Shown here piece after piece: positions 9,116 to 18,517 of a DNA stretch of 19,862 nucleotides (position 1 is the first letter of the stretch; every line of letters begins with the position of its first letter). The notes under the pieces were generated by a model. The model had not been told where the DNA came from, did not search any database, and saw only the letters and a list, made by a program, of their open reading frames with translations. The position numbers were made by a program, and so were the translations under genes. The stretch is from a bacterium (GTDB lineage Bacteria > Eisenbacteria > RBG-16-71-46), in the NCBI GenBank assembly GCA_043779265.1, contig JAYWEM010000122.1, positions 1 to 19,862 of the forward strand. The letters are read 5' to 3'.

Positions 9116-10672
9116 ATGACTCGCTCGGAGCAATGGAAGTCCCTGGGTGTGCTGCTGGTGACCGTGCTCGCGGTCTGGCAGCTCTACCCCTCGTGGCGGT
9201 TCTACTCGATGACGCCGGCACAGCGCGAGGCTCTGCCTCCCGCCGAGCTCGCGACGCTGAGACAGCAGGCGGTCCATCTCGGGCTCGACCTGCAGGGCGG
9301 CCTGCAATTACTGCTCGAGGTCGACAAGTCACGCCTCTCTCCGGCTGAGGCCGAGGACGCCACCGAGCGCGCGCGCGAGGTGATCATGAACCGCGTCGAT
9401 CAGTTCGGCGTCGCGGAGCCGCTCGTCCAGGCCGAGGGCACCGACCGCATCACGGTGCAGCTGCCGGGCCTCACGGATCGTCAGCGCGCCATCGACCTGA
9501 TCGGCAAGACGGCGCTGCTCGAGTTCAAGCTCGTACGCACACCCGAAGAGCAGCAACTGATCTACCAGCGCGTCGATGCATTCCTCGCCGGTCGCGGCGC
9601 GGGAGCGGACCTCGACTCGGCACTCGCCGGCCAGCCGCTCACGAGCCTGATGGTGGATCTGGGCGCGGTGCGCATGCAGGACGTGCCCGCGGCCCGCAAG
9701 CTCCTCGCGACGGCTGGCGTCGACAGCATCATCCCGGTCGACAGCGAGTTGGTGTGGGGCGATGAGGGCGAGAACATCTCCGGCATCACGGCACGCCGCC
9801 TCTACGTGCTCAAGCGCACGCCCGAGATGGCGGGTGGATCGGTCGCCACCGCCGAGGCGCAGGTCGGCCTCGAGCAGACGAACCCCGGCTCCTGGGGCGT
9901 CAGCATGAAGATGACGCCGAAGGGACGCGCCGACTTCTCTCGCGTCACGGGCAACAACGTCAGCCGCCAGCTCGCGATCGTGCTCGACGGCGTGGTCAAG
10001 TCGGCGCCGGTCATCCGCGACCGCATCCCCTCGGGAGATGCGTCGATCACGGGTGGCAGCTTCGACCTCGAGACCTCCAAGGACCTCGCGATCGTGCTGC
10101 GTGCCGGCGCGCTGCCGGCTCCGGTGACGATCCTCGAGGAGCGCTCCGTCGGACCCTCGCTCGGTTCGGACTCGATCCAGCAGGGCGTTCGCGCCGGCGT
10201 GATCGGCACGATCCTCGTGGTCGTGTTCATGCTGGTCTACTACCAGCTCTCCGGCGCCATCGCCATCGCCGCCCTCGTGCTCAACGTGCTCTACCTGATC
10301 GCCGCCCTCGCCTACGCCGGCGCCACCCTGACGCTGCCGGGCATCGCCGGCGTCGTGCTGACGATCGGCATGGCCGTCGACGCCAACGTCCTGATCTTCG
10401 AGCGCATCCGAGAGGAACTGCGCAACGGCAAGACCGTTCGCGAGTCGGTTCGCGTCGGCTACGACCGCGCGTTCCGCACGATCCTCGATGCCAATGTCAC
10501 CACGCTGCTGTCGGCGCTCTTCCTCTTCCAGTTCGGAACCGGTCCCATCAAGGGCTTCGCCGTGACGCTGAGCCTCGGGTTGCTCGCCAACATGTTCACG
10601 GCGGTGTTCTTCACGCGCATGATCTTCGACTTCTGGTTGAGCCGCGGCAAGGTCGAGCGGCTCAGCATCTAA
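9116..10672 (+). CDS. secD: Protein translocase subunit SecD (518 aa)
   Basis: Motifs HLGLDLQGG, NRVDQFGVAEP, RITVQLPG, QLAIVLDG, LRAGALPAP, VGPSLGSDSI, TLTLPGIAG, IGMAVDANVLIFERIREE, TILDANVTT and GTGPIKGFAVTL. ATG at 9116 follows GGAG. Confidence 0.97.
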   Translation: MTRSEQWKSLGVLLVTVLAVWQLYPSWRFYSMTPAQREALPPAELATLRQQAVHLGLDLQGGLQLLLEVDKSRLSPAEAEDATERAREVIMNRVDQFGVAEPLVQAEGTDRITVQLPGLTDRQRAIDLIGKTALLEFKLVRTPEEQQLIYQRVDAFLAGRGAGADLDSALAGQPLTSLMVDLGAVRMQDVPAARKLLATAGVDSIIPVDSELVWGDEGENISGITARRLYVLKRTPEMAGGSVATAEAQVGLEQTNPGSWGVSMKMTPKGRADFSRVTGNNVSRQLAIVLDGVVKSAPVIRDRIPSGDASITGGSFDLETSKDLAIVLRAGALPAPVTILEERSVGPSLGSDSIQQGVRAGVIGTILVVVFMLVYYQLSGAIAIAALVLNVLYLIAALAYAGATLTLPGIAGVVLTIGMAVDANVLIFERIREELRNGKTVRESVRVGYDRAFRTILDANVTTLLSALFLFQFGTGPIKGFAVTLSLGLLANMFTAVFFTRMIFDFWLSRGKVERLSI

Positions 10673-10687
10673 CGAGGCGGACTCCAC

Positions 10688-11596
10688 ATGTTCCAGTTGC
10701 TCATCGGGACCAACTTCCCGTTCATGAAGTACCGCCGCTACGCCTACATGGTGTCGATCGTGCTCACCTTGGCCACCTTGGGCTTCTTCTTCACCAAGGG
10801 ACCGAAGTACAGCGTCGACTTCACCGGCGGAACGCTGCTCCAGATCCGCACCGCGCAGCCGATGGCGCCGGATGACCTCCGCACGTCGCTCGAGGACGCC
10901 GGCATCCGCGTCGAGTTGCAGCAGATGACGGGCGGAGCCACGAACGAGTACCAACTCCGCTTCCAGAGCAAGTCCACCGACCCGTTCGAGGACGTCAAGG
11001 TTGCCATGCAGAAGGCTCATCCGGGAACCGAGGTCGAGCTCCGCCGGATCGAGACCGTCGGCCCGAAGGTGGGTTCGGACCTGCGCCAGAAGGCGATCAT
11101 GGCCGTTCTGGCGAGCATCGGCGCCATCCTGATCTATGTCGGCATCCGCTATGAGTTCAAGTTCGCAGTCGGAGGCATCCTCGCTCTGTTCCATGATGTA
11201 CTGGTGACCGCCGGGGTCCTCATGTTCACCGGGCGTGAGATCTCCCTGACGGTCATCGCTGCACTCCTCACCATCGCCGGCTACTCGATCAACGACACGA
11301 TCGTCGTGTTCGATCGCATCCGTGAACGCTCGAAGGCTCTGAGGAAAGAGACCCACGAGCGTGCCATGGACATCGCGGTCAACGAGACGCTCTCGCGCAC
11401 GATGATCACCGCGTTCACGGTGCTGCTCACTTCGATCGCCCTGTTCGTGTGGGGTGGCGATGTACTGAACGACTTCTCGTTCACCATGATCGTCGGCCTC
11501 GTGTTCGGAACGTTCTCGTCCGTGTACGTCGCGAGTGCGCTGGCACTGGATATCTGGCTCTGGCTCGAGCGGCGCAAGACCGCGTCGGCCAAGTGA
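10688..11596 (+). CDS. secF: Protein translocase subunit SecF (302 aa)
   Basis: Motifs VDFTGGT, ETVGPKVGSDL, ALFHDV, IAALLTIAGYSINDTIVVFDRIRE, NETLSRT and GTFSSVYVA; starts 15 nt after secD. Confidence 0.97.
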   Translation: MFQLLIGTNFPFMKYRRYAYMVSIVLTLATLGFFFTKGPKYSVDFTGGTLLQIRTAQPMAPDDLRTSLEDAGIRVELQQMTGGATNEYQLRFQSKSTDPFEDVKVAMQKAHPGTEVELRRIETVGPKVGSDLRQKAIMAVLASIGAILIYVGIRYEFKFAVGGILALFHDVLVTAGVLMFTGREISLTVIAALLTIAGYSINDTIVVFDRIRERSKALRKETHERAMDIAVNETLSRTMITAFTVLLTSIALFVWGGDVLNDFSFTMIVGLVFGTFSSVYVASALALDIWLWLERRKTASAK

Positions 11597-11610
11597 CGAA
11601 AGGTCCACGC

Positions 11611-12576
11611 ATGTCGCATTTCCGTGGTGCGGGTCTGCTCGCCGCGCTCGCCATCGTCTCGCTCGCGACCGGTTGCGCGAAGCGGATCACCGAAGTCGAT
11701 GCCTCTTACACGCAGATCGAGGGCACGCCCAGCGCGGCCGCCATGCTGACCATCTGGGCGGATACGCCCGTGGCGGTCCAGGTGTGGAGCGATGTGGGCA
11801 ATCCGCCTGGACCGAGCGCCGATGACGTCCTGCTCCGCACCGAGCAGCGCTATCTGAACGGGCAGGGGCAGGTCCTCATGATGCTGATCGACAACTCGAA
11901 CGCCAACGGCTTCCAGATGATGCGCCGCGCGCTCAATGGTGGATTCGAGCAGGTGCGGGACTTCGTGGTGCACCCCACGAGGAAGTGGGTGGCCACGCAC
12001 TGGGAGACCTACCGCCTCATCGATCCGAATCCCTCGGGATTCACGCCGGCCTCGTACGTCGGCCGCGGTCTTGTCGGCGGCACCGTGACCGCCGCTTCGC
12101 CGCTCTCCAACGAGGCGCAATTGACGCTGGCGAATGTGCCGCCCTCGATCAGCTACACGGCCAACCCGGCGACCAACGGCGACTCCCTGTTCACGATGTC
12201 GTGGACCCCGGTGGCGGGTGCAGCGGGCTACTGGCTGCACGTCTACACCTACCGTCCCGATGCGCGCATCGAGGATCGCTACAACGCCGCCACACCGCGC
12301 CCGATCTTCGACGGTCCGGTGACGGATCATCTCGTTGCGCTCCTCGATGCTGCGAGCACGTCGTTCCGCATGGGGAACACCACGGGCGCGACGATCCTCG
12401 CCTACAAGCCGGCGCTGGTCGGACGTGAGTACGAAGTGCGCGTCACCGCCGTCAACGCGGCGGGCCAGGTCATCGGCTTCACGCCGGGGACACTGCGGAC
12501 GTCCATCATCAGCGACGAGGTCTACGTGCAGTTCCCGAGCGGCGCCGTGACGGTGAACACCTCACGCTTCTTATGA
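11611..12576 (+). CDS. Putative lipoprotein with a fibronectin type III-like C-terminal domain (321 aa)
   Basis: ATG at 11611, 14 nt after secF, with AAGG upstream. Signal peptide II MSHFRGAGLLAALAIVSLATG|C22. FN3-like motifs FTMSWTPVAGAAGYWLHVY and GREYEVRVTAVNAAG; beta-rich composition. Confidence 0.8.
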   Translation: MSHFRGAGLLAALAIVSLATGCAKRITEVDASYTQIEGTPSAAAMLTIWADTPVAVQVWSDVGNPPGPSADDVLLRTEQRYLNGQGQVLMMLIDNSNANGFQMMRRALNGGFEQVRDFVVHPTRKWVATHWETYRLIDPNPSGFTPASYVGRGLVGGTVTAASPLSNEAQLTLANVPPSISYTANPATNGDSLFTMSWTPVAGAAGYWLHVYTYRPDARIEDRYNAATPRPIFDGPVTDHLVALLDAASTSFRMGNTTGATILAYKPALVGREYEVRVTAVNAAGQVIGFTPGTLRTSIISDEVYVQFPSGAVTVNTSRFL

Positions 12577-12603
12577 GCCGCAGCGTCGATCGACGCGCAC
12601 CTG

Positions 12604-12635
12604 GGGGGAGGGGCCCAAAGCCCCTCCCCCTTTTT
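12604..12635 (+). terminator. Rho-independent terminator of secD-secF-lipoprotein
   Basis: GGGGGAGGGGC-CCAAA-GCCCCTCCCCC (11-bp stem) followed by TTTTT, 27 nt after the stop codon. Confidence 0.88.
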
Positions 12636-12743
12636 GCGTGCCGACACCGTGTATCGGGTCATCGACTCGTCAATCCTCGCGCGGTCGTGCTCCGAGGGGC
12701 CGCGCTCGAACGAGTCGGCTGCGGGAGGGGTCGCGCGCATGCG

Positions 12744-12749
12744 TATACT
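12744..12749 (+). promoter_or_regulatory. Putative -10 box positioned for a leaderless transcript
   Basis: TATACT lies 6 nt before ATG 12756. No Shine-Dalgarno at a usable spacing and no clear -35. Confidence 0.55.
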
Positions 12750-12755
12750 CCTGAC

Positions 12756-13448
12756 ATGCGATGCCTCTCACCCGCTCTTCTCCTCGCGGTGACGCTGGCT
12801 CTCGCGACGTCGGCCCCGCAGACGAACGCGGCACCGACCTCGCCGGGCGCCCGGTCCTTCGGCGTGGCCCGACTCAAGTACGGCGGCGGTGGCGACTGGT
12901 ACGGCAACAAGACCTCGCTCAAGAACCTGCTGGCCGCTGCGCGATCGAGACAGGGCCTTCGCATCTCGGGCGACATCGAGGCGGTGGTCGAGCCCGGCGC
13001 CGCGGCGCTCTTCCAATACCCCTTCGTGTTCGCCTCTGGGCATGGCGACATGCGCTTCAGCGATGCCGAGGCGTTGAATCTCAGGCGTTGGCTCGAGGCG
13101 GGCGGCTTCCTGTGGGTGGACGACGACTACGGCATGGCACCGTCGTTCCGCCGCGAGATCGCACGCATCCTTCCCGGCCACGAGGTCGTCGAGCTTCCGT
13201 TCAGCCACACGCTATTCCGAGCGCCCTACGCGTTCCCTCACGGGCTGCCGAAGATCCATGAACATGATGGCGGCCCGCCGCGTGCCTTCGGAGCGTTCGT
13301 CGATGGCCGGCTCGCCGTGCTGTTCACCTTCGACACCGACCTCGGTGACGGCCTCGAGGACGAGGGCGTTCACGACGACACACCCGAGAAACGCGAACTG
13401 GCGATGCAGATGGCATTGAACATCGTCCACCACGCGCTGACTCACTGA
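12756..13448 (+). CDS. DUF4159 family protein with N-terminal signal peptide (230 aa)
   Basis: Motifs ARLKYGGGGDWY, LFQYPFVFASGHG, NLRRWLEAGGFLWVDDDYG, ELPFSH, GLPKIHEHDG, TFDTDLGDGLED and AMQMALNI. The track's longer ORF reads through the terminator. Confidence 0.9.
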   Translation: MRCLSPALLLAVTLALATSAPQTNAAPTSPGARSFGVARLKYGGGGDWYGNKTSLKNLLAAARSRQGLRISGDIEAVVEPGAAALFQYPFVFASGHGDMRFSDAEALNLRRWLEAGGFLWVDDDYGMAPSFRREIARILPGHEVVELPFSHTLFRAPYAFPHGLPKIHEHDGGPPRAFGAFVDGRLAVLFTFDTDLGDGLEDEGVHDDTPEKRELAMQMALNIVHHALTH

Positions 13449-13466
13449 CCCAGGGGCCCCGAGCCG

Positions 13467-16400
13467 ATGACCGGACACCCGCCGCCCACCACGCTCCGAC
13501 AGCCACTCGCCCGCGCGCACTCGGCCGTGCGCCGAGCGCTCGCGCTGCGCTCGAGCCTGGCTGCATCGTCGCGCGTGACGCTGATGCTCGCGGTCGTCGT
13601 GCTGCTGGGCGTGCTGCTGCCGGTCTCGCCGGCTACGGCGTGGCTGCGACTCGGATTGTTCGGTGTGGCCGCGATCGTGGCGCTGGTCCTCGCATTGCGC
13701 CGCTTCCTCGCCGAGGCTCCTCGCTTCGATGGCTGGCTGGAGCAGGTCGAGGCCCGCTTCCCGGAGACCCGTTCGTGGCTGCGCAACGCCCTCGACCTCG
13801 AGCGACGCCCCGACCCACACACCTCCGCCGAACTGGCCGGGGCGATCCAGGCCGAGACCGGGCGTCGATTGCAGAGCGTTCCGCTCGGCACCCTCGTTCC
13901 GAGGCTCGGGGCACGTCGCGCGCTTGCCGGAGCCGCCGCGTCGCTCGCCCTGCTCCTGACCTGCACCGCCTTCGCTCCCGAGGCCACCACACGCGCATGG
14001 CGGACCCTGTGGGATCCGGAATCGGCAGCGCCACCGGTGGCGCTGGTGGTCGAGCCGGGCTCCGTCACGCTTTCGCCAGGCGCCACGCTCGCCATCCGCG
14101 CCATCGTCGAGGGCACCGCCTCGGCGCCTCGTCTCCTCGGCGAGGGCCCGAGTCCGACGCCCGTGCTCGAATCCGACAAGAAAGGTGAGCGCCGCTGGCG
14201 GTTCGACCTGCCGCCCGTGACCGCGCCGCGCGACTACGCGGTCCGCGTCCAGCGAACCGAGAGTCCGCGCTATCAGGTGGCGCTGGCCGGCGAGCCACAG
14301 CCCGTGAGCTTCGCGATCGAGCTGACCGCCCCCGCTTACGCCCGGCTCCCGAACCAGCAGGGCCAGGCGACGCGCGGCGATCTGGCGGCGCTCGCGGGAT
14401 CTCGGGCCGTCATCGAAGTCACGTTCGACCGCGACCTCGAGACGCTCACCGCGAAGTTGCCGGGCGACCGGAGCCGGTCGTGGCGCGAGATCACGCCGCG
14501 GCGCTGGCGCGGCGAGGTGGCGATCCAGGGCGACGGCGACTGGTCGCTCGAGGCCGCCGCGCCCACGGGCACGTCGAAGCATCGCTATCGGATCAGCGCC
14601 CTCGCGGATGCTGCGCCGCTGATCGCCGTTACGCTCCCCGACGGGGACGTCGATGTGCCGGCCGGCCAGCAGGTCCCCTATGACATCCAGGCGCAGGATG
14701 ATCTCGGGCTCTCGGAACTCCGCCTCGAATGGCGCAAGGGCGACGTCGCGACCTGGTCGAGCACGTCACTCGCTGCGTTCGCGGCCACGCCGCGTGAAGC
14801 GAGAGCAGCGGCGCGCTGGGACGCGAGTGCGCTCGCGCTTCTGCCGGGTGAGTCGGCGACGTTCCGCTTCGTGGCATTCGACAATGACGCGGTCTCGGGG
14901 CGCAAGCGTGCCGAGAGCGCCGAGTACACGCTCCGCTTCCCGTCGCTGGCCGAGCTGTACGCCGGACTCGACGATCGCGCCGACCGCGTGCAGAAGTCGC
15001 TCGAGAAGGCGACGGAACAGGCCAAGGAGCTGCAGAAGACACTCGAGCAGATGCAGCGGCAGCCGCAGCGCGGCCAGGGCCAGCCCGACCCGTTCCAGCG
15101 CGCCGAGGAGATGAAGCGCGCCATCGAGCGTCAGAACCAGGTGAGCCAGCAGCTCGAGCGTGCTGCCGAGCAGATGCGCGAGCGCGCCTCCGATGCCGCC
15201 GAGCGCGATGCCTACCGCGAGGAACTCCAGACCAAGCTGCGCGAGATGTCCGAGCTGATGCGGCAGATCGAGAGCCCCGAGTTCAAGGAGTCGCTCAAGA
15301 AGCTGCAGGAGGCGATCGAGCGCTCGGATCGTCGCGAGGCCGAGCAGCGGCTGCCGCAGATGCGACAGGAGAATCGCGAGATGCTCAAGAACCTCGAGCG
15401 CACGCTCGAGCTCCTGAAGCAGCTGCGCGAGGAGGAGCGGATGGAGTCGCTCGGCCGCCGTGCCGAGGAACTCAAGAAGCAGCAGGACGCGCTCAACGAG
15501 CAGCACGCGCAGAATGAGCAAGAGCCCTCGGCCGAGGATCGCGACCCCAAGGGCCAGGCGGAGGACAAGTCGTCGAAGCCGGAATCGAGCAAGTCGCCGC
15601 CCGCGAGCGAGCAGTTGGCCAAGCAGCAGAAGGCCGCGGCCGAGGAGAGTGAGCGCTTGGCCGAGGATGCCGCGGAGATGGCCGAGCAGAGCGAGTCCGA
15701 GGCGGTGAAACAGGCGCTCGAAGAGGCCGCCGAGGAGCTCTCCGAGCAGGCGGCGGCCGAGCAGCGCTCCGCCGCACAGCAGCAGCAGTCCGGGCAGCGC
15801 AAGAAGGCGAAGCAGAGTGGGCAGAAGGCCAGCGAGAGTCTGGCCAAGGCGGCCCAGCAGATGCAGCAGTCCGCGCAGCAGCAACAGCAGCAGCAGGATT
15901 CCGAGAGTCTCGAGGCGATGCGACGTGCCGCCCAGGATCTCGTCTCGCTCGAACGGGCGACGCAGCAGAACCTGCAGCAGTCCGGCTCCCCCGAGTCCCA
16001 GGCCGATCGGCAGAGCGATCTGGCCGAGGGCATCTCGCGCGTGGCCGACTCGTTGTCGGCGCTCTCCGAGAAGACGCCGTTCATGAATCCCAGCATCCAA
16101 CAATCGCTCGGGCGGGCGCAGCAGCAGATGCAGCAGTCCGGCCAGCAGATGGCGGGCGGGCAGCGCATGGCGGGCGAGCAGTCGGGCAAGTCAGCGGCCC
16201 GATCGCTGAGCGAGACGGTCAATGCGCTGCGCAAGGCTCAGGAGGAGGCCGAGGCCTGCGCCAATCCGGGACAGGGCACGCCGATGTCACAGGGCCGCGG
16301 CCAGAAGATGAGTCAGATCGGCAAGGAGCAGGGCGAACTCAACCAGCAGACGCGCGAGCTGACGCGCCGCATGTCGCAGCAGATGCGGATGCAGGCCGGT

Positions 16401-16853
16401 GACGAGGCCGAGTTGCGTCGCTTGGCGAGCGAGCAACAGCGCCTCCGTGAGCAGGTGGAGCAGGTTCAGGGCGAGGAGGATGCCGAGGCGGATGCTCGCG
16501 AGAAGAAGTTGCTGGGTCGCCTCGACCAGGCGAAGCGCGAGATGCAGCAGGCCGAGGAGATGCTCAAGCAGGGGCAGATGAGCGGTGAGCTGGAGGAGCG
16601 TCAGAACAAGATCCTGTCGCGGCTGCTCGACGCCACGCGGTCGGTCAATCGTCGCGACTTCGATCCGGAGCGAGAAGCCCGGCGAGGTGAGCTGGCGGAC
16701 CGCGATGCGCCCGCCGAACTCGCACCCGACCTGCTGCGCACCCGCGACCGCCTGCGTGGCGACCTCTTGAAGGCCGAGGCCGATCGCTATCCCGCGCACT
16801 ATCGGGCGCTCATCGAGGCCTACCTGCGGGCCCTCAACGCGAGCCCGAAGTGA
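13467..16853 (+). CDS. DUF4175-like large membrane protein: 3 TM helices, Ig-like beta region, very long Gln/Glu-rich coiled coil (1128 aa)
   Basis: N-terminal TM pair, a VEARFPE..SWLRNALDL motif and a third TM helix. Then a beta-rich region with PAYARLP and AQDDLGLSELRL, more than 550 aa of Q/E/K/R heptad-like helices, and a C-terminal YPAHYRALIEAYLRAL motif. Confidence 0.85.
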   Translation: MTGHPPPTTLRQPLARAHSAVRRALALRSSLAASSRVTLMLAVVVLLGVLLPVSPATAWLRLGLFGVAAIVALVLALRRFLAEAPRFDGWLEQVEARFPETRSWLRNALDLERRPDPHTSAELAGAIQAETGRRLQSVPLGTLVPRLGARRALAGAAASLALLLTCTAFAPEATTRAWRTLWDPESAAPPVALVVEPGSVTLSPGATLAIRAIVEGTASAPRLLGEGPSPTPVLESDKKGERRWRFDLPPVTAPRDYAVRVQRTESPRYQVALAGEPQPVSFAIELTAPAYARLPNQQGQATRGDLAALAGSRAVIEVTFDRDLETLTAKLPGDRSRSWREITPRRWRGEVAIQGDGDWSLEAAAPTGTSKHRYRISALADAAPLIAVTLPDGDVDVPAGQQVPYDIQAQDDLGLSELRLEWRKGDVATWSSTSLAAFAATPREARAAARWDASALALLPGESATFRFVAFDNDAVSGRKRAESAEYTLRFPSLAELYAGLDDRADRVQKSLEKATEQAKELQKTLEQMQRQPQRGQGQPDPFQRAEEMKRAIERQNQVSQQLERAAEQMRERASDAAERDAYREELQTKLREMSELMRQIESPEFKESLKKLQEAIERSDRREAEQRLPQMRQENREMLKNLERTLELLKQLREEERMESLGRRAEELKKQQDALNEQHAQNEQEPSAEDRDPKGQAEDKSSKPESSKSPPASEQLAKQQKAAAEESERLAEDAAEMAEQSESEAVKQALEEAAEELSEQAAAEQRSAAQQQQSGQRKKAKQSGQKASESLAKAAQQMQQSAQQQQQQQDSESLEAMRRAAQDLVSLERATQQNLQQSGSPESQADRQSDLAEGISRVADSLSALSEKTPFMNPSIQQSLGRAQQQMQQSGQQMAGGQRMAGEQSGKSAARSLSETVNALRKAQEEAEACANPGQGTPMSQGRGQKMSQIGKEQGELNQQTRELTRRMSQQMRMQAGDEAELRRLASEQQRLREQVEQVQGEEDAEADAREKKLLGRLDQAKREMQQAEEMLKQGQMSGELEERQNKILSRLLDATRSVNRRDFDPEREARRGELADRDAPAELAPDLLRTRDRLRGDLLKAEADRYPAHYRALIEAYLRALNASPK

Positions 16854-18517
16854 GGGCTCCGGCCGTGGCCGCAGCCCTACTCTCGCTGACGGCATCCCTC
16901 GTGATGAGTCCGATGGCCTCGGCGCAGCCGTCGCTGCGCCCGGTGCCCGGCCAACCCGCGCAGGGCTACACGCTGCTGCCCTCGAGCCCCGCTGAACTGG
17001 TTCGCTCGCAGCGGCCCGAACCGGCACTTCCGCCACTCAGCGCGCAACGACTGAGGCGAGCCGTCGACCTGCGGCTGGCCGGGCTGCCCGAGCGTTCGCG
17101 TGACTCGCTGCTCGCCCTGCACAAGGCGCACCCGGGGCATCCGCGCATCACGACCGAACTCGTGCGCGCGCACATCGCGCGCAACGACTGGTTGTCGGCC
17201 GAGCGACTCGCGCGCGCCGAACGACTGGCGCAGCGCGACTCGCTGCTCGCCTCGCGCGAGATGGCGCTGGCACTCGAGCGTTTGAATCGTCCGCGCGAGG
17301 CCATGAACGTGGCGTTCGAGAGCTGGGTGGCCTCGGCGACCGAAGGTCCGTGGGCCGCACAACTCATCTTCGGGTTCGCCGAGCGCGAACCCCGCGCGGC
17401 GCGCGACGGGTTCACTCGGGCCGTCTCGGCGAGCGGCAGTCGCGGCGATGTCATCACCGGACAGGCCATCCTGCTGTCTCGGGCCGGGCTCGTGGCGGAG
17501 GCGGTGAAGGTGCTCAAAGAGGCCGATCGTGGCCCCACCCGCGTGCCGTTCCGGTTGCGTTTCGCCGAGGAGGCTCTGCAGTCGAACCTCCGTGCCGACT
17601 CGATCTCGGCGAGGGAGGTGCTGCACTCGGTCGCAGCCGACCAGGCGCTCGATGCTGGCATCCGCACCGGAGCCGCGCGCCGACTGTGGATCGTCGATGA
17701 GGCGAGTGAGGACCGTGGCCGCACCGCGCTACGGATCCGCAATGCGCTCTCGGACCTGCCGGGCGCACGCTGGGACAGCGCGCTGCTGCTGCCGATCGTG
17801 CGCGCGCTGCGTGAGAGCGGCCGCGCCGCGGACGTGCGCGCGCTCATCGAAGGCGCGCCCGAGATGGCGAGCCAGGTTCCCGAACTGGCACTCGAGCGCG
17901 CCTATGCCGACCTGCGCGAGGGTCCGGCGTCCAAGGCGCTGCCGGCGCTGGAGTCACTCGCCGCGAGCTGGCCCGAAGCCCGTCACGCACTCGCCGAGGC
18001 GAGATTCTTCGCGGGGCAGATGGATTCGGCCGCTGCGCTCTATCGCATTCTGGCCCAGGACGAGGCTCACCCCGAGGTCGGCGCTGCGCAGGAGCGACTC
18101 TTCCTCATCGAGGAGCGTCCGGGAGAGTCGGCCCTGCTCGGTCTGGCGCGAATCGCGTATGCGCGCTGGAGAGGCGAATCGGTCCGCGCGATGGCGATCG
18201 CCGACTCGCTCGTCTCGGCGACGCCGATGAGCTCGCCCTACTTCGCCCCGGCGGCGCTCGAACTCGGCGAGATGCGGCTCGAGGCCCGCGAACCGCGCGC
18301 GGCGCTCGTGCCGCTTCTGGCCGTCTCCGATTCTCTGCCGGACTCGCGCTTGGCGCCCCGCGCCCGTCAGCGCGCCGGCGACGCGTATCTCGCACTGGGC
18401 GATCGCGTACGGGCGCTGCTCCAGTACGAGGAGTGTCTCGTCCGCTATCCGCGCGCCTGGAACGCAGCCGAGGTGCGCCGCGTGGTCGATCAGATGCGCA
18501 AGGAGCGCCGCTCATGA
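16850..18517 (+). CDS. Exported tetratricopeptide-repeat-like protein (555 aa)
   Basis: GTG start overlaps the upstream stop (GTGA). Signal peptide MRAPAVAAALLSLTASLVMSPMASA|Q. TPR-like helices include ARHALAEARFFAGQMDSAAALY and APRARQRAGDAYLALGDRVRALLQYEECLVRYP. Confidence 0.82.
   Translation: MRAPAVAAALLSLTASLVMSPMASAQPSLRPVPGQPAQGYTLLPSSPAELVRSQRPEPALPPLSAQRLRRAVDLRLAGLPERSRDSLLALHKAHPGHPRITTELVRAHIARNDWLSAERLARAERLAQRDSLLASREMALALERLNRPREAMNVAFESWVASATEGPWAAQLIFGFAEREPRAARDGFTRAVSASGSRGDVITGQAILLSRAGLVAEAVKVLKEADRGPTRVPFRLRFAEEALQSNLRADSISAREVLHSVAADQALDAGIRTGAARRLWIVDEASEDRGRTALRIRNALSDLPGARWDSALLLPIVRALRESGRAADVRALIEGAPEMASQVPELALERAYADLREGPASKALPALESLAASWPEARHALAEARFFAGQMDSAAALYRILAQDEAHPEVGAAQERLFLIEERPGESALLGLARIAYARWRGESVRAMAIADSLVSATPMSSPYFAPAALELGEMRLEAREPRAALVPLLAVSDSLPDSRLAPRARQRAGDAYLALGDRVRALLQYEECLVRYPRAWNAAEVRRVVDQMRKERRS

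Noticed and set aside
9329..11608. 759-aa minus-strand ORF antisense to secD/secF
   Set aside because: Shadow ORF from GC3 bias (R/H/D/G-rich, no motifs) lying opposite two unambiguous genes.
12573..12755. N-terminal extension of DUF4159 in the ORF track
   Set aside because: It reads through the intrinsic terminator. ATG 12756 begins a signal peptide and follows a -10 box.
15750..16160. CAG-rich tracts and repeated CAGCAGATGCAGCAGTCCG-like words
   Set aside because: In-frame poly-Gln and coiled-coil coding within the DUF4175-like gene; not a CRISPR array or a phase-variable tract.
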